Notes: a model not told the origin generated them from the letters alone. A stretch of DNA of 34,196 nucleotides from Octopus sinensis (GCF_006345805.1 NW_021835930.1:1-34196); one strand, 5' to 3'; shown: positions 1 to 10,209, counted from the first letter of the stretch. A program made the numbers and translations.

Positions 1-468
1 ACATGATATATATTATATATTTTTTTTATATGCTCCTATATGTGTATATATATATGTATTTCTATATATTTTTATATACCTATATTTTATATACCTATAT
101 ATTTTTATATATTACTTATATTATATTTTACTTTCTACGTCCTTTTATAAATGTATTTTCTTTGAATCGCTAAAATATTAAATCTAAATTTTTAATGATA
201 AGAATTTTTCTCGCACCATATTATTATTATTATTATTATTACGTGCTATACAGATGAATTTTGTTCCATCTTGCGGGTTATATGTTTATTCTATAATTAA
301 ATGCTCGAATTATGAAATGATATGCGGATGACCTTGCATTTGTTTGTTCAATGGTTTTAGTTTGATATTTTTGTCTCTTCAATAGAGCACTTCTATAGCA
401 GTCCTATTAATCTTTGTGTTCCTGACAAGAAACAATTATTGTATTATTAATATCAATATATATATATA

Positions 469-745
469 TACGACGGGATTCTGTTAGTTTCCGTTTACCA
501 AATATATATATATATTCATGTGTGTGTATATGTTTGTGTGTCTGTGCTTGTAGCCCCAACATCGCTTGACAACCGATGGTGGTGTGTTTACGTCCCCGTA
601 ACTTAGCGGTTCGGCAAAAAAGACCGATAGAATAAGTACTCGGCTTACAAAGAATAAGTCCAGGGTCGATTTGCTCGACTAAAGGCGGTGCTGCAGCATG
701 GCTGCAGTAAAATGACTGAAACAAATAAAAGAGTAAGTAAAGAGA
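469..745 (+). mobile_element. SINE family A, 3' half, with a short inverted piece (469-503) at its 5' side
   Basis: 504-745 matches the 3' half of the full-length copy at 32063-32468 and ends in a TAAAAGAG-type tail; 469-503 is the reverse complement of the segment that precedes the central microsatellite in that copy. Confidence 0.8.
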
Positions 746-1056
746 GAGTACTTAAGTATAGATCTGTATAATGCAGTTGGCTGTGAGAGTGCGACTGTAG
801 CGGAATGGAACGAAAAAGAATGTCTGTTTTTCATATTATATCGTGCCTGCGTTTGTTCGCTTCAACCTGATTGCTGTACAACGTAGACTTGAGTTAGCGG
901 GTCCATAACGTCAGTTCAAACCAAACTCTGAAATGAAAATTGCGTTATCCACTAATGCGCTAGCCTAATTTATGACATCAGGAGATTGCATTTCCACATT
1001 TTCCCGTACATCGCTAAGATTTAAAATGTTTCATTCTCAGTTCACCAATAGTTACG

Positions 1057-1271
1057 CTCTTTTACTCTTTTACTCTTTTACTTGTTTCAGTCATTTGACT
1101 CCGGCCATGCTGGAGCACCACCTTTAGTCAATCGAGCAAATCGACCTCAGGATTTATTCTTTGGAAGACTAGTACTTATTCTATCGGTCTTCTTTGCCGA
1201 GCCACTAAGTTACAGGGACGTAAATGCACCACCATCGATTGTCAAGCGATGCTGGGGGACAAACACAGACA

Positions 1272-1327
<56 letters not shown>

Positions 1328-1501
1328 CATATATACGACAGGCTTCTTTCAGTTTCCGTCTACCAAATCCACTCACAAGGCTTTGGTCGGCCCGAGGCTA
1401 TAGTAGAATACACTTGCCTAAAGTGCCACGCAGTGGAACTGAACCCGGAACCATGTGGGGTTGGTAAGCAAGCTACTTACCACACAGCCACTCCTGCGCC
1501 T
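1057..1501 (-). mobile_element. SINE family A, full length (tRNA-derived head, central TA/CA microsatellite, (GTAAAAGA)n tail)
   Basis: Minus strand begins AGGCGCAGGAGTGGCTGTGTGGTAAG (A-box-like), has GGTTCAGTTCC (B-box-like) and CTTTAGGCAAGTG core, and ends in tandem GAGTAAAA; collinear with other copies in the window. Confidence 0.9.
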
Positions 1502-1557
1502 GTATAATATTTAAACGTATTTCAATTCCTTAGGTTTATGCTGTGTTTATAAATATA

Positions 1558-1910
1558 AAGGAGCAGGTGTAGCTGTGTGATAAGAAGTTTGTTTCCCAAC
1601 CAATGGTACCTGGTTCAGTTCTACTCCGTGGTTCCTTGAGCAAGTGTTTCTACTATAACCTCAGGCCGACCAAAATCTTGTGGGTGGATTTTGGTATACG
1701 AAAGCTGAAAACAGCCTGTTGCATATGTTTGTGTGTTTGTAGGTGTATGTGCGTGTCTTTGATCTGTGTTTGTCCACAATACTTCTTGACAACCGGTGTT
1801 GGTGGGTTTATGTCCCCGTAACCTAACGGTTAGGCAGAAGATATCGAAGAATAATTACCACGCTTTAAAAACAATATATGACTGAGACGAAAAGATAAAA
1901 GCTAAAAGAA
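1558..1910 (+). mobile_element. SINE family A, diverged copy, head-to-head with 1057-1501
   Basis: AGGAGCAGGTGTAGCTGTGTGATAAG head, CCTTGAGCAAGTG core, CTTGACAACCGG and CCCCGTAAC body motifs, AAAAGATAAAAG tail. Confidence 0.8.
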
Positions 1911-1911
1911 G

Positions 1912-2900
1912 CTGGCGAGAGTGGGGTTATTAGTGAGTGTGTGTGAGTGTGTGTGAGTGTATGTGAGTGTGTGTTTGTGTGTGAGTGTGTGTGTTGATCA
2001 ATATAACCTAATATTTATAATATAAGGAAGTACGAAAAACACACTAGGAAGTACGAATGTGTGTGTGGGGGGCGTTTGTGTGTGAGTACCTGTGCATATG
2101 CACGAGTACGCCTTGTGTGTGTGTGAGAGAGAGAGTAAGTATATGTGCGTGAGTGTGTGTGAGTGCGTGTGTGTGTGTGTGTTGATCAATATGACCTACT
2201 ATTCATAATGCAAGGTTGCACACACAAAATGCACGAGGAAGTACGAATGTGTGTGTGGGGGCGTTTGTGTGTGAGTGTATGTGTGTGAGTATGTGTGTGT
2301 GTGTGTGTGTGTTGATCAGTGGCGGGGGTGGGATCATTAGTGTGTGTATGTGTGTGCTGTGTGAGTATGAGTATATGTGTGTGTGAGTGTGTGCGTGTGT
2401 GTGTGTGCTGTGTGTGTGAGTGCATGTGAGTGTGTTGGTCAGTAGTGTGGGTGGGGTCATTTGTGTGTGTGTGTGTATATGTGTATGAGTATGTGTGTGC
2501 GAATGTGTAAGTGTGTGTGCTGTGTGTGCGAGTGTATGTGAATGTGAGGGTGTGTGTGTTGGTCTGTAGCGGGGTGGGGTCATTAGTGTGTATGTATGTC
2601 TGTGTATGTGTGTCTGTGTATGTGTGTATGCTGTGTGGGTATGAGTATGTATGTGTGTGTGTGTGTGTGAGTGCGTGTGTGTGCTGCGTGTGTGAGTGTA
2701 TGTGAGTGTGAGTGTGTGTGTGTTGATCAGCAGCGGGGGTGGGGTCACTAGTGTGTGTATGTGTGTGTATGTGTGCGTATGTGTGTATCTGTATGTGTGT
2801 ATGCTGTGTGGATATGAGTATGTGTGTGCGTGTGTGTGTGTGTGTGCTGTGTGTGAGTGTATATGAGTGTATCAGAGTGTGCTGTGTGTGTGTGTGTGGT
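1912..2900. repeat. Compound (GT)-rich minisatellite with recurring ~30-bp cassettes
   Basis: Cassette GTTGRTC..GCGGGGGTGGGGTCAYTAG at 2311, 2434, 2558, 2722 between TG/TGAG/TATG tracts; a second ~187-bp duplication starts near 1994 and 2181. Confidence 0.8.
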
Positions 2901-3544
2901 TTTCCTACTAGTGTGTATAGGACGATATAGCCATGAACTCATATTCAGGACAAATTGATTTAAGAAAGAATTAATTCAATATATTAATTGTAAGGATTTG
3001 CACAGCTGGTTCAAAAAAGAAAAAAAATCAAAAAACATTCAAATGAACCGGCAGCTGAGGTGGTGCTTCGACAATCGATATATTCACCTACGAAACGTAA
3101 ATAAGTATTTGAAATACATGTATATCTTTGTGTATGTGTTGTGCTGTAGTTGTGCTATCGAGGAACCGTACTTTGGACAGGCTGTGGGCGTCTATATGTC
3201 AACAGACGTGTAACTGAATGAAATGAAAATAAAATCTCTATAGGCCGATATGTGTCGCGGTTCTATAACTATTTTAGAATTAAATGTTGACGCTAGCGGG
3301 GGTGGAAGTCGGACGGAACATGTTGCGGACACTGACTTATTTTTTTTTTGCTTTTTTTCTGATTTTTTTTTTTTTGCTTTGCCTTCAATGTCTACGTGGT
3401 CTCTACAACATTTTCACTTAATTTTATTTACAGCGTTTGGTAAAATACAATGCACTTTAGAATACATGCCCACGAGCATATGTCGTAGTGGTTGAGAGCG
3501 CGGGCTACTAACCCCAAGATTCCGAGTTCGATTCCAAGCAGTGG

Positions 3545-3596
<52 letters not shown>

Positions 3597-3608
3597 CAAA
3601 TAATAAAT

Positions 3609-3960
3609 GTCCTGATGCAGTACCTGGCAGTGGCTTTCGTGTCTTCTGATCTTAACTGATTGGAAGTGTTATCATGTACATTGTTTTGTCTTGGTATAAA
3701 AGATGGGCTACAGCAAATATTCTGCTCAATACCACAGATTTGCTTGTCAGTTGTTTGACCTTAACCAGTTGAGCATGTCCCTTAATGGCTGACGATATGT
3801 GCATCCCTGACCAGGAGCAGAAGAAGTGGGGGAGCGCCATAGCCATGTGTTGAGTGGGATTCTTTGGGGTTTGAATAATTCACCTCTGGAAATATGGGTG
3901 TTTCGCTCAACATCCTTAAACAACTCAAACAGGGACCTTTTGAGCGGGATGGGTTACTCG
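3609..3960 (-). mobile_element. Family E repeat, shorter copy, embedded in (AAT)n
   Basis: Reverse complement aligns by eye with 26013-26350 over ~340 bp; abuts (AAT)n on the left. Orientation is inferred from apparent 5' truncation. Confidence 0.75.
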
Positions 3961-4016
3961 ATAACAACATCATAAAATACCTTAAGAATGAGAACCCAGG
4001 TTCGAAATTTCCCCAA

Positions 4017-4062
4017 GACACCTGAAGAAGGCTGGAGAGTATATCAGCCGAAACGTTGTGTT
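4017..4062 (+). ncRNA. Minimal type I hammerhead ribozyme motif (Penelope-type), HH1
   Basis: Stem I GACAC/GTGTT; core CTGAAGA 4022-4028; extra A; stem II GGCTG/CAGCC; GAAA 4050-4053; loopless palindromic stem III AAC-GTT; predicted cleavage after 4057 (GUU). Confidence 0.7.
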
Positions 4063-4094
4063 AACAACAAAGTGAGGACAAATATTTCAAAAAA

Positions 4095-4452
4095 TCTTTC
4101 ACTTGTTTCAATCGTTTGACTGCGGCCATGCTGGTTCACAGCTTAGAAGGGTTTTAGTAGAACAAATCGACTCCAGGACTTATTTTCATCAAACCTAGTA
4201 CTTATTCTATCAAATTCTGTTGCAGAGCCGCAAAGTTACGGGGACGTAAAAATACCTATGCCGGTTGTCAAACAATGCAACTTTGATCAAAGTTGCATTC
4301 ACTGCAGCGTTATTTTAATATGTAACACGTGGTTGAAGAGAAAGAGGTAAATTCTACTTTTACTGTATATTTTTGCAAGTGTGTATAGATATGGCTGTGA
4401 GAACAAACAGACACGCAAGCATATACACCCACACACAAACATATACGTTCAA

Positions 4453-4514
<62 letters not shown>

Positions 4515-4524
4515 ATAATATATA

Positions 4525-4576
<52 letters not shown>

Positions 4577-4592
4577 GTATATATATTATATG

Positions 4593-4663
<71 letters not shown>

Positions 4664-4812
4664 GACGGGCTTCTTTCAGTTTCCGTCTACAAAATCCACT
4701 CACAAGGCTTTGGTCGGCACGAGGCTATAGTAGAAGACACTTGCCCAGCGGAACTGAACCCGGAACCATGTTGTTGGTAAGCACGCTACTAACCACACAT
4801 CCACTTCCGCGC
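4095..4812 (-). mobile_element. SINE family A, interrupted by ~125 bp of foreign sequence and with an expanded central (TA)n
   Basis: 3' body 4095-4272, foreign 4274-4398, central microsatellite ~4420-4662, core and head ~4663-4812 ending CCACTTCCGCGCCT. Confidence 0.8.
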
Positions 4813-4974
4813 CTATGTATATATATAATAAGTATATGATATGATATATATATATAAATATTATATAGTGTGTGTGTCTGTCGTATAGCCAGCTGGAGAC
4901 GATGTTTTTGGGGTTAAATAACAGTAACATTCGTCCTAACCAGGACTGCCACGTTATGTTGACAAATAATCTTT

Positions 4975-4993
4975 AATATATATATATATATAT

Positions 4994-5082
<89 letters not shown>
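4975..5082. repeat. (TA)n microsatellite
   Basis: Near-pure TA run. Confidence 0.95.
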
Positions 5083-5712
5083 GCCCACACACAAATATGT
5101 ATGTACATAACCATTTTATCACAGTTAAATTCATTATCTATTTCATGTTTACAAATTTATATAAATGCTATCTTTGTATCCTCATTCTGAAAGCTATTTA
5201 TATCCTGCTATAGAGCTGGATAAAGTTATGAATCGTCAGCAAAAAAATTATACTAATATATTATTCTTCAAATCAAATCGTATGCCTAATATTACTTTGA
5301 ACTATCGTTTTAGACAATTACATACGTATATGTAAAAATATTCCGCTAATAATTATTGCATTGTATTAATAAATAATGCATTGGTGTTTAGCATTATGTT
5401 AATTAGTCATCTCTGAAATACTGTGCATCGAATTTATGATACTTGAAATCTAATTCAATAACCTATCGCATTTATCTATCACACGTTTAAACACTAATTT
5501 AATAAACTAATAACTTAGCGTGTATTTTTGTCCCGTGTGTGTCACGTGTTTTTGTCTATAATTATACTTTGAAAAATATGCTTAATTAAATATATGGAAG
5601 TTTGGTGTGAGTTAGAGTTTTGGCTGCAATTTCTAACACTTCGTGTAAGCGCTTAAAGGCTGGTACCTGTCTCTGTGAATATGAATCCGTGTCCATTCTG
5701 TCCTCTTGTTTA

Positions 5713-6202
5713 GCAGGCTCTATATTTTTTTCCTTTTTATTCTAGGCACAAGGCCCGAAATTTTGGGGGATGGGTCCAGTCGATTAGACCGACCTCAGTA
5801 CGCAAGTGGTACTTAATTAATCGACCCCGAAAGGATGAAAAGCAAAGTCGACATCAGTGGAATTTGAACTCAAAACGTAGCGGCAGCCGAAATACCTATT
5901 TCTTTGCTACCCACAAGGGGCTAAACACAAAGAGAACAAACAAGGACAGACAAACGGATTAAGTCGGTTACATTGACTCCAGTGCGTAACTGGTACTTAT
6001 TTAATCGACCCCGAAAGGATGAAAGGCAGAGTCGACCTCGGCGGAAGTTGAACTCAGAACGTAACGGCAGACGAAATACGGCTACGCATTTCGCCCGGCG
6101 TGCTAACGTTTCTGTCAGCTCGCTGCCTTGCGGCAGCCGATATGTCGATGAGCACTTCGCCTGGCGTGCTACCGTTTCTGCCAGCTCGCTTTGCAGGCTC
6201 TA
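5713..6202 (-). mobile_element. SINE family B, two-core copy with duplicated head, flanked by a 10-bp TSD
   Basis: Cores CCCCGAAAGGATGAAA at 5825 and 6009 (184-bp period); heads ending 6127 and 6189; GCAGGCTCTA at 5713-5722 and 6193-6202. Confidence 0.85.
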
Positions 6203-6455
6203 CAGTAACTAATGCAATTGTTCTCAGCCGTTGTTTTTTTTTTATTTATGGACCCCTATTATTATTATTTTATTCTGGTAGACCTCCTTAGCCATTCGAT
6301 GTTTAAAAACTAATTTTATTGAATTTTTTTTTATTTTTTACCTATTTACTTGTGTAGGTTCAACTATGTAAACCGTTTGAGAAAGAATCCCGGCTGTTTC
6401 TTACAATAAATACATCTAAATCAATGCATTTTATGGGCCCTTAATATACTAAAAT

Positions 6456-6886
6456 AGGCGCAGGCGTGACTGTGTGATAAGGAGTTTGCTTATCAACCAC
6501 ATGATTCAAGGTTCAATCCCATTGCTTGGCACTTGGGCAAGTGTCTTCTTTTATAGCTTCGGTCTAACTAAAGCTTTTCCATTGGATTTAGGAGATGGAA
6601 ACTGAAAGAAGCCCATTGTAATATATACATGTGTGTGTGCGTACGGGTGCGCATATTTGTGTCCTGTGTTTGTCTCACATCACCACTTGACAACCGGTGT
6701 TGTTGTATCCACGTCCCCGTAACCTAGCGGTTCGACAAAATAGACCAATAGAATAAGTACCAAGCTTTAAAGAGAAAAGGTACTGGGGTCAATTCCTTCG
6801 ACTAAAATTCCTCAAGGCGGTGCTCCAGCATGGCCGCAGTCTAGTGTTTGAGACAAGTAAAAGATAAAACAAGATAAAGACAAAAG
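6456..6886 (+). mobile_element. SINE family A, full length
   Basis: AGGCGCAGGCGTGACTGTGTGATAAG head, GGTTCAATCC B-box, CTTGGGCAAGTGTCTTCT core, CCAGCATGGCCGCAGTC, GTAAAAGATAAAA tail. Confidence 0.85.
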
Positions 6887-7009
6887 TTACTACTTTTTTC
6901 AGGTCTATAAGAAGAATGATGTTTTTATTTCTTTAAGAAATATTGTTTAATTCTATTTGATTATTTATTAAAAATATGTATTTATTTAACTATTATTGTT
7001 ATTATTGTT

Positions 7010-7111
7010 GACCTGAGGAGTGACTATACTTTTAAATTGAATTGTTTGGGGATTAAATTTAAATTTAATTGTAATTCGAATTGAAGATATAATCACGAAA
7101 CGTACGTAGTC
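7010..7111 (+). ncRNA. Type I hammerhead ribozyme motif with long stem II, HH2
   Basis: Stem I GAC/GTC; core CTGAGGA 7013-7019; stem II GTGACTATA 7020-7028 / TATAATCAC 7088-7096; GAAA 7097-7100; stem III AC-GTAC-GT; GUA triplet, predicted cleavage after 7108. Confidence 0.7.
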
Positions 7112-7259
7112 TTTTTACTTATTATATAATGTTTATTCATTTTTTTTGTACTTTTTGTGATCTAGATATATGTTTTATAATATATTTTATTTTTTCTATA
7201 TGATATGGTTTATGTCTATCATTGTTTGAATTACATTATAGTGATTTTTCTCTAATTTA

Positions 7260-7397
7260 TATATATTATATTATATATATTATATTTATATATATATTAT
7301 ATATATTATATTTATATATATATATTGTGAAATTTGATTTAATACTAAATTGAATGTTTCCCTGTAAGTTTGGAGTTATACTTCCTAATATTATATG

Positions 7398-7452
<55 letters not shown>

Positions 7453-7483
7453 GGGAGAGAGGGAAAGAGAGGGGAGACAGAGA
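7260..7483. repeat. (TA)n and (GA)n microsatellites
   Basis: TA-rich tracts 7260-7325 and 7395-7415, followed by (GA)n to ~7483. Confidence 0.9.
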
Positions 7484-7884
7484 GTGGGTGTACTTGTTGG
7501 AATGTCAATGTACTTATTAAATCGATATATTTAATTCAATACATTAACGATATGGATTTTCACAGATGCTTCAAGGATATTCGATTAACATATGTTTCGC
7601 GGGGGCTTTTGAGAACAGGAATACTTTATGAATGAGCACTTATAGATATGTTTGTGGCTGTTAATGTGTATGTGTGTATTGTGTCCTTGTATTTTTCAAT
7701 GAATTTTTCGTAGCTTTCCAGTACACTAAATGCATGATATATCTGAAAGGCATGAAAGAGGAACAGAGCCGTTGTCATAGGTGTATTGTCGTAAAGCTAT
7801 TTACGTAGTTGGTTTTATATGAATAGAGAGATGTCGAGCCTATACATACATACATACACACATACATGCATACATGAATTTATA

Positions 7885-8423
7885 TTGGGTTGTCCGGAAA
7901 GTTCGTGCCGATTTATAGTAGCTTACCTTTCGACTCATTTTAGAACATGGTCGAGTCCATAAAATAGGATTTGACTACACCTCCATTTAGAGCACAGTTT
8001 AAGCTATCTTTTCGTGGAAGAAGACTTATGTTCCCATAACCTTTGTTAATTCTGTAACCCTTTAAAATGGAAGATAAGAAAGTTCATTTCGGCACTTGAT
8101 GCTTTGGGAACCAGACAAAAATTGCTGCAGCTCAGCTGGGAGTGTACCCACCCTCCATATTCACCAGATATTGCTCCTTTGGATTCCACTTATTCAGGTC
8201 CCTGCAGAATAGTCTTAATGGTAAAAATTTTAATTCCTTCGATGACGTAAAAAGATACCTTGATATATTTATTGCCATGAAACCACCTCAATTCTGGGAA
8301 GAGGGTATTTTCAAGTTAAAGGAAAAATGGGTCTATATTTGGTTGATTAAAAATGTAATGACAAGTATTTATTGACCTTTTTCTTTCCTTCAAAAATCGG
8401 CACGAACTTTCCGGATAACCCAA
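7885..8423 (+). mobile_element. Internally deleted mariner (Tc1/mariner) DNA transposon
   Basis: 30-bp TIRs TTGGGTTGTCCGGAAAGTTCGTGCCGATTT (7885-7914) and 8394-8423, 29/30 identical; TA on both sides; transposase start MEDKKVH(F)RHLMLWE from 8067 fused to the C-terminal TRQKLLQLSWE..HPPYSPDIAP..HLFRSLQNSLNGKNFNSFDDVKRYLD..KW with frameshifts. Confidence 0.92.
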
Positions 8424-8560
8424 TATATTCACAGAAGCGCGTGCATACACACAGAGGCAATTATGCGAATATAATATATTAAATTTATCCGCATAGTTGT
8501 TTCCATGCCTGCTCAGCCCGATTCCTCTTCTAGCTATACTTTACCTCCACAGAATTGTTC

Positions 8561-8787
8561 TTTAGTCGAGCTAATCGACCCCAGGACTTATTCTTTGTAA
8601 GCCTAGTACTTATTCTATCGGTTTCTTTTGCCGAACCGCTAAGCTACGGGGACATAAATACACCACCGCCGATAGAATAAGTACTGGGCTTACAAAGAAT
8701 AAGTCCTGGGGTCTATTTGCTCGACTAAATGCGGTGCTCCAGCATGGCCACAGTCAAATGACTGAAACAAGTAAAAGAGTAAAAGAA
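8561..8787 (+). mobile_element. SINE family A 3' end with inverted, overlapping upstream piece (61-bp hairpin arms)
   Basis: 8561-8668 is minus-strand family A body lacking a tail; 8669-8787 is plus-strand 3' end with GTAAAAGA tail; arms 8561-8621 and 8669-8729 differ at 3 of 61 positions. Confidence 0.8.
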
Positions 8788-8919
8788 CTCAAGGTAGGAT
8801 TTCCTATTATTGTGTAAACGCTGGTCAAAATACCTGTGAAAACTCTTCAAGTTTAAAGGACAACAGATTCTTGACTTTTTCTAATTTGTTCAGAAGCCTC
8901 TTTTGTTCAGAAGCCTCTT

Positions 8920-9317
8920 TAACTTTTTACTTGCTTCAGTCATTAGACTGTGGCCATGCTGGTGCCCCCCTTGAGGATTTTTGTCGAATAAATCAATCAT
9001 TGTACTTATTCTTTAAGCCGGATACTTATTCTGTGGGTATTTTTTGCCGAACCGCTAAGCTACCGGTACATATACACACTAAGACCGGTTACCAAGCGGT
9101 GGTGATGCGGCAAACACAGACACAAAGATACCGATATACATACGTATCTGTATGTAAATATAAATGAGACGGGCTTCTTTCAGTTTCCGTCTACCAAATC
9201 CACTCACAAAGCTTAAGTTATAATAAAAACACTTGCCCAAGGTACCACGCAATGAGACTGAACCTGGAACCATGTGGTTAGGAAACAAAACTCCTTACCA
9301 CATAGCTACACCCGTAC
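8920..9317 (-). mobile_element. SINE family A, diverged near-full-length copy
   Basis: TTCAGTCATTAGACTGTGGCCATGCTGG, GCCGAACCGCTAAG, GGGCTTCTTTCAGTTTCCGTCTACCAAATCC and GAACCTGGAACCATGTGG motifs in family order. Confidence 0.75.
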
Positions 9318-9819
9318 TTTAATGTGAACATTTCTTGAACACCTCCCCGCTCTTTGTGCGTTTGTATGTGCTTTCTGCACGTGTGTTTGTGTATGTATAG
9401 ACGCTCGTGTACTGACATGTGCTTTGACTTTAGCACACAACAAATATATTCCGGATAAATACATTAAGAAAAAATGTTTGTATAGTAAGTCGAAAATATT
9501 AACGATATTGATTTCCATTGATGGTTTATGTGGGTCAAGAAATATACAATTACAATACTTTTGATATACAAAATAGATTAGAGAGTTGTACTACATATAG
9601 CTATTATCACTGTCTTATTACAACAGCAAAATATTTTACTTTGTACCACGAATCACATTCAATCGTTTATGTGCTGCGTGTGTTTGAATTATTTCTCTAT
9701 AAACTATACGTAAACTATATATATATCTATATATATAAAACTCAACTTGTGTGTCTGTGTGTTTAACTTTTGGATCTACCAAGTTTCATTATTAAGAATG
9801 GAAAGTAGCGTGTAGCAAA

Positions 9820-10209
9820 TCTATATATATAATGCTGAAGTTGTCTGTGTGTGGCAGGTTTGGTAGCCTTCAACTAACACTATCTCCTTCGAGACCCTGC
9901 AGCGCAAGTTGACCAAAATTGAGAGTATGATAGAAGAAGGTTTGTTCTTCATTCTGTAGAAGATAAAATTCAAATCGCACCATGTTAACACCAAAACTTA
10001 TTTACATCAAAAAGGTGCTTTTTTTCTATAAAAATCCCTATTTTTTACGATTTTTGACTGCTGTGTCACCATTTTTCGGTGTATTTCAACTGGAAAAATG
10101 TTCACATTGAAGAGAATAACAAGTTGCATAATGCAAAATTTTTACTTTTCAAAAATTCCAATTCTAAAGGGTCGAAACAAACCCAAGCAACACCGGGTGA
10201 TACTGCTAG
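9820..10209 (+). mobile_element. Non-autonomous Helitron-like element
   Basis: Starts TCTATATATATAATG after A9819; ends CTAG 10206-10209 before T10210; subterminal ACCCAAGCAACACCGGGT hairpin-type motif; no TSD, as expected for Helitrons. Confidence 0.7.

Larger units (their letters stand above)
3468..4085 (+). mobile_element. Putative tRNA-headed SINE-like element carrying a 3' hammerhead, interrupted by a family E insertion in its (AAT)n linker
   Basis: A-box-like TGTCGTAGTGG 3481-3491, B-box GTTCGATTCC 3526-3535, (AAT)n 3549-3608, A-rich linker resumes at 3961 (ATAACAACATC), hammerhead 4017-4062. Joining the two halves is inference. Confidence 0.6.

Noticed and set aside
2311-2751. CRISPR-like repeat/spacer pattern (also considered for 22541-23276 and the 30-bp array)
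   Set aside because: Eukaryotic context, spacers are microsatellite or identical units, repeats are degenerate, no cas genes.
3055-3100. Hammerhead-like CTGAGGT..GAAACGTA
   Set aside because: A9 missing and no stem I pairing.
3474-3547. Functional tRNA gene (also heads at ~22240-22316, ~29953-30020, ~11782-11855)
   Set aside because: A/B boxes are present but acceptor, anticodon and T stems do not pair fully; they are SINE heads.
8885-8918. 17-bp perfect tandem duplication TTTGTTCAGAAGCCTCT
   Set aside because: Ordinary local duplication; does not flank an insertion.
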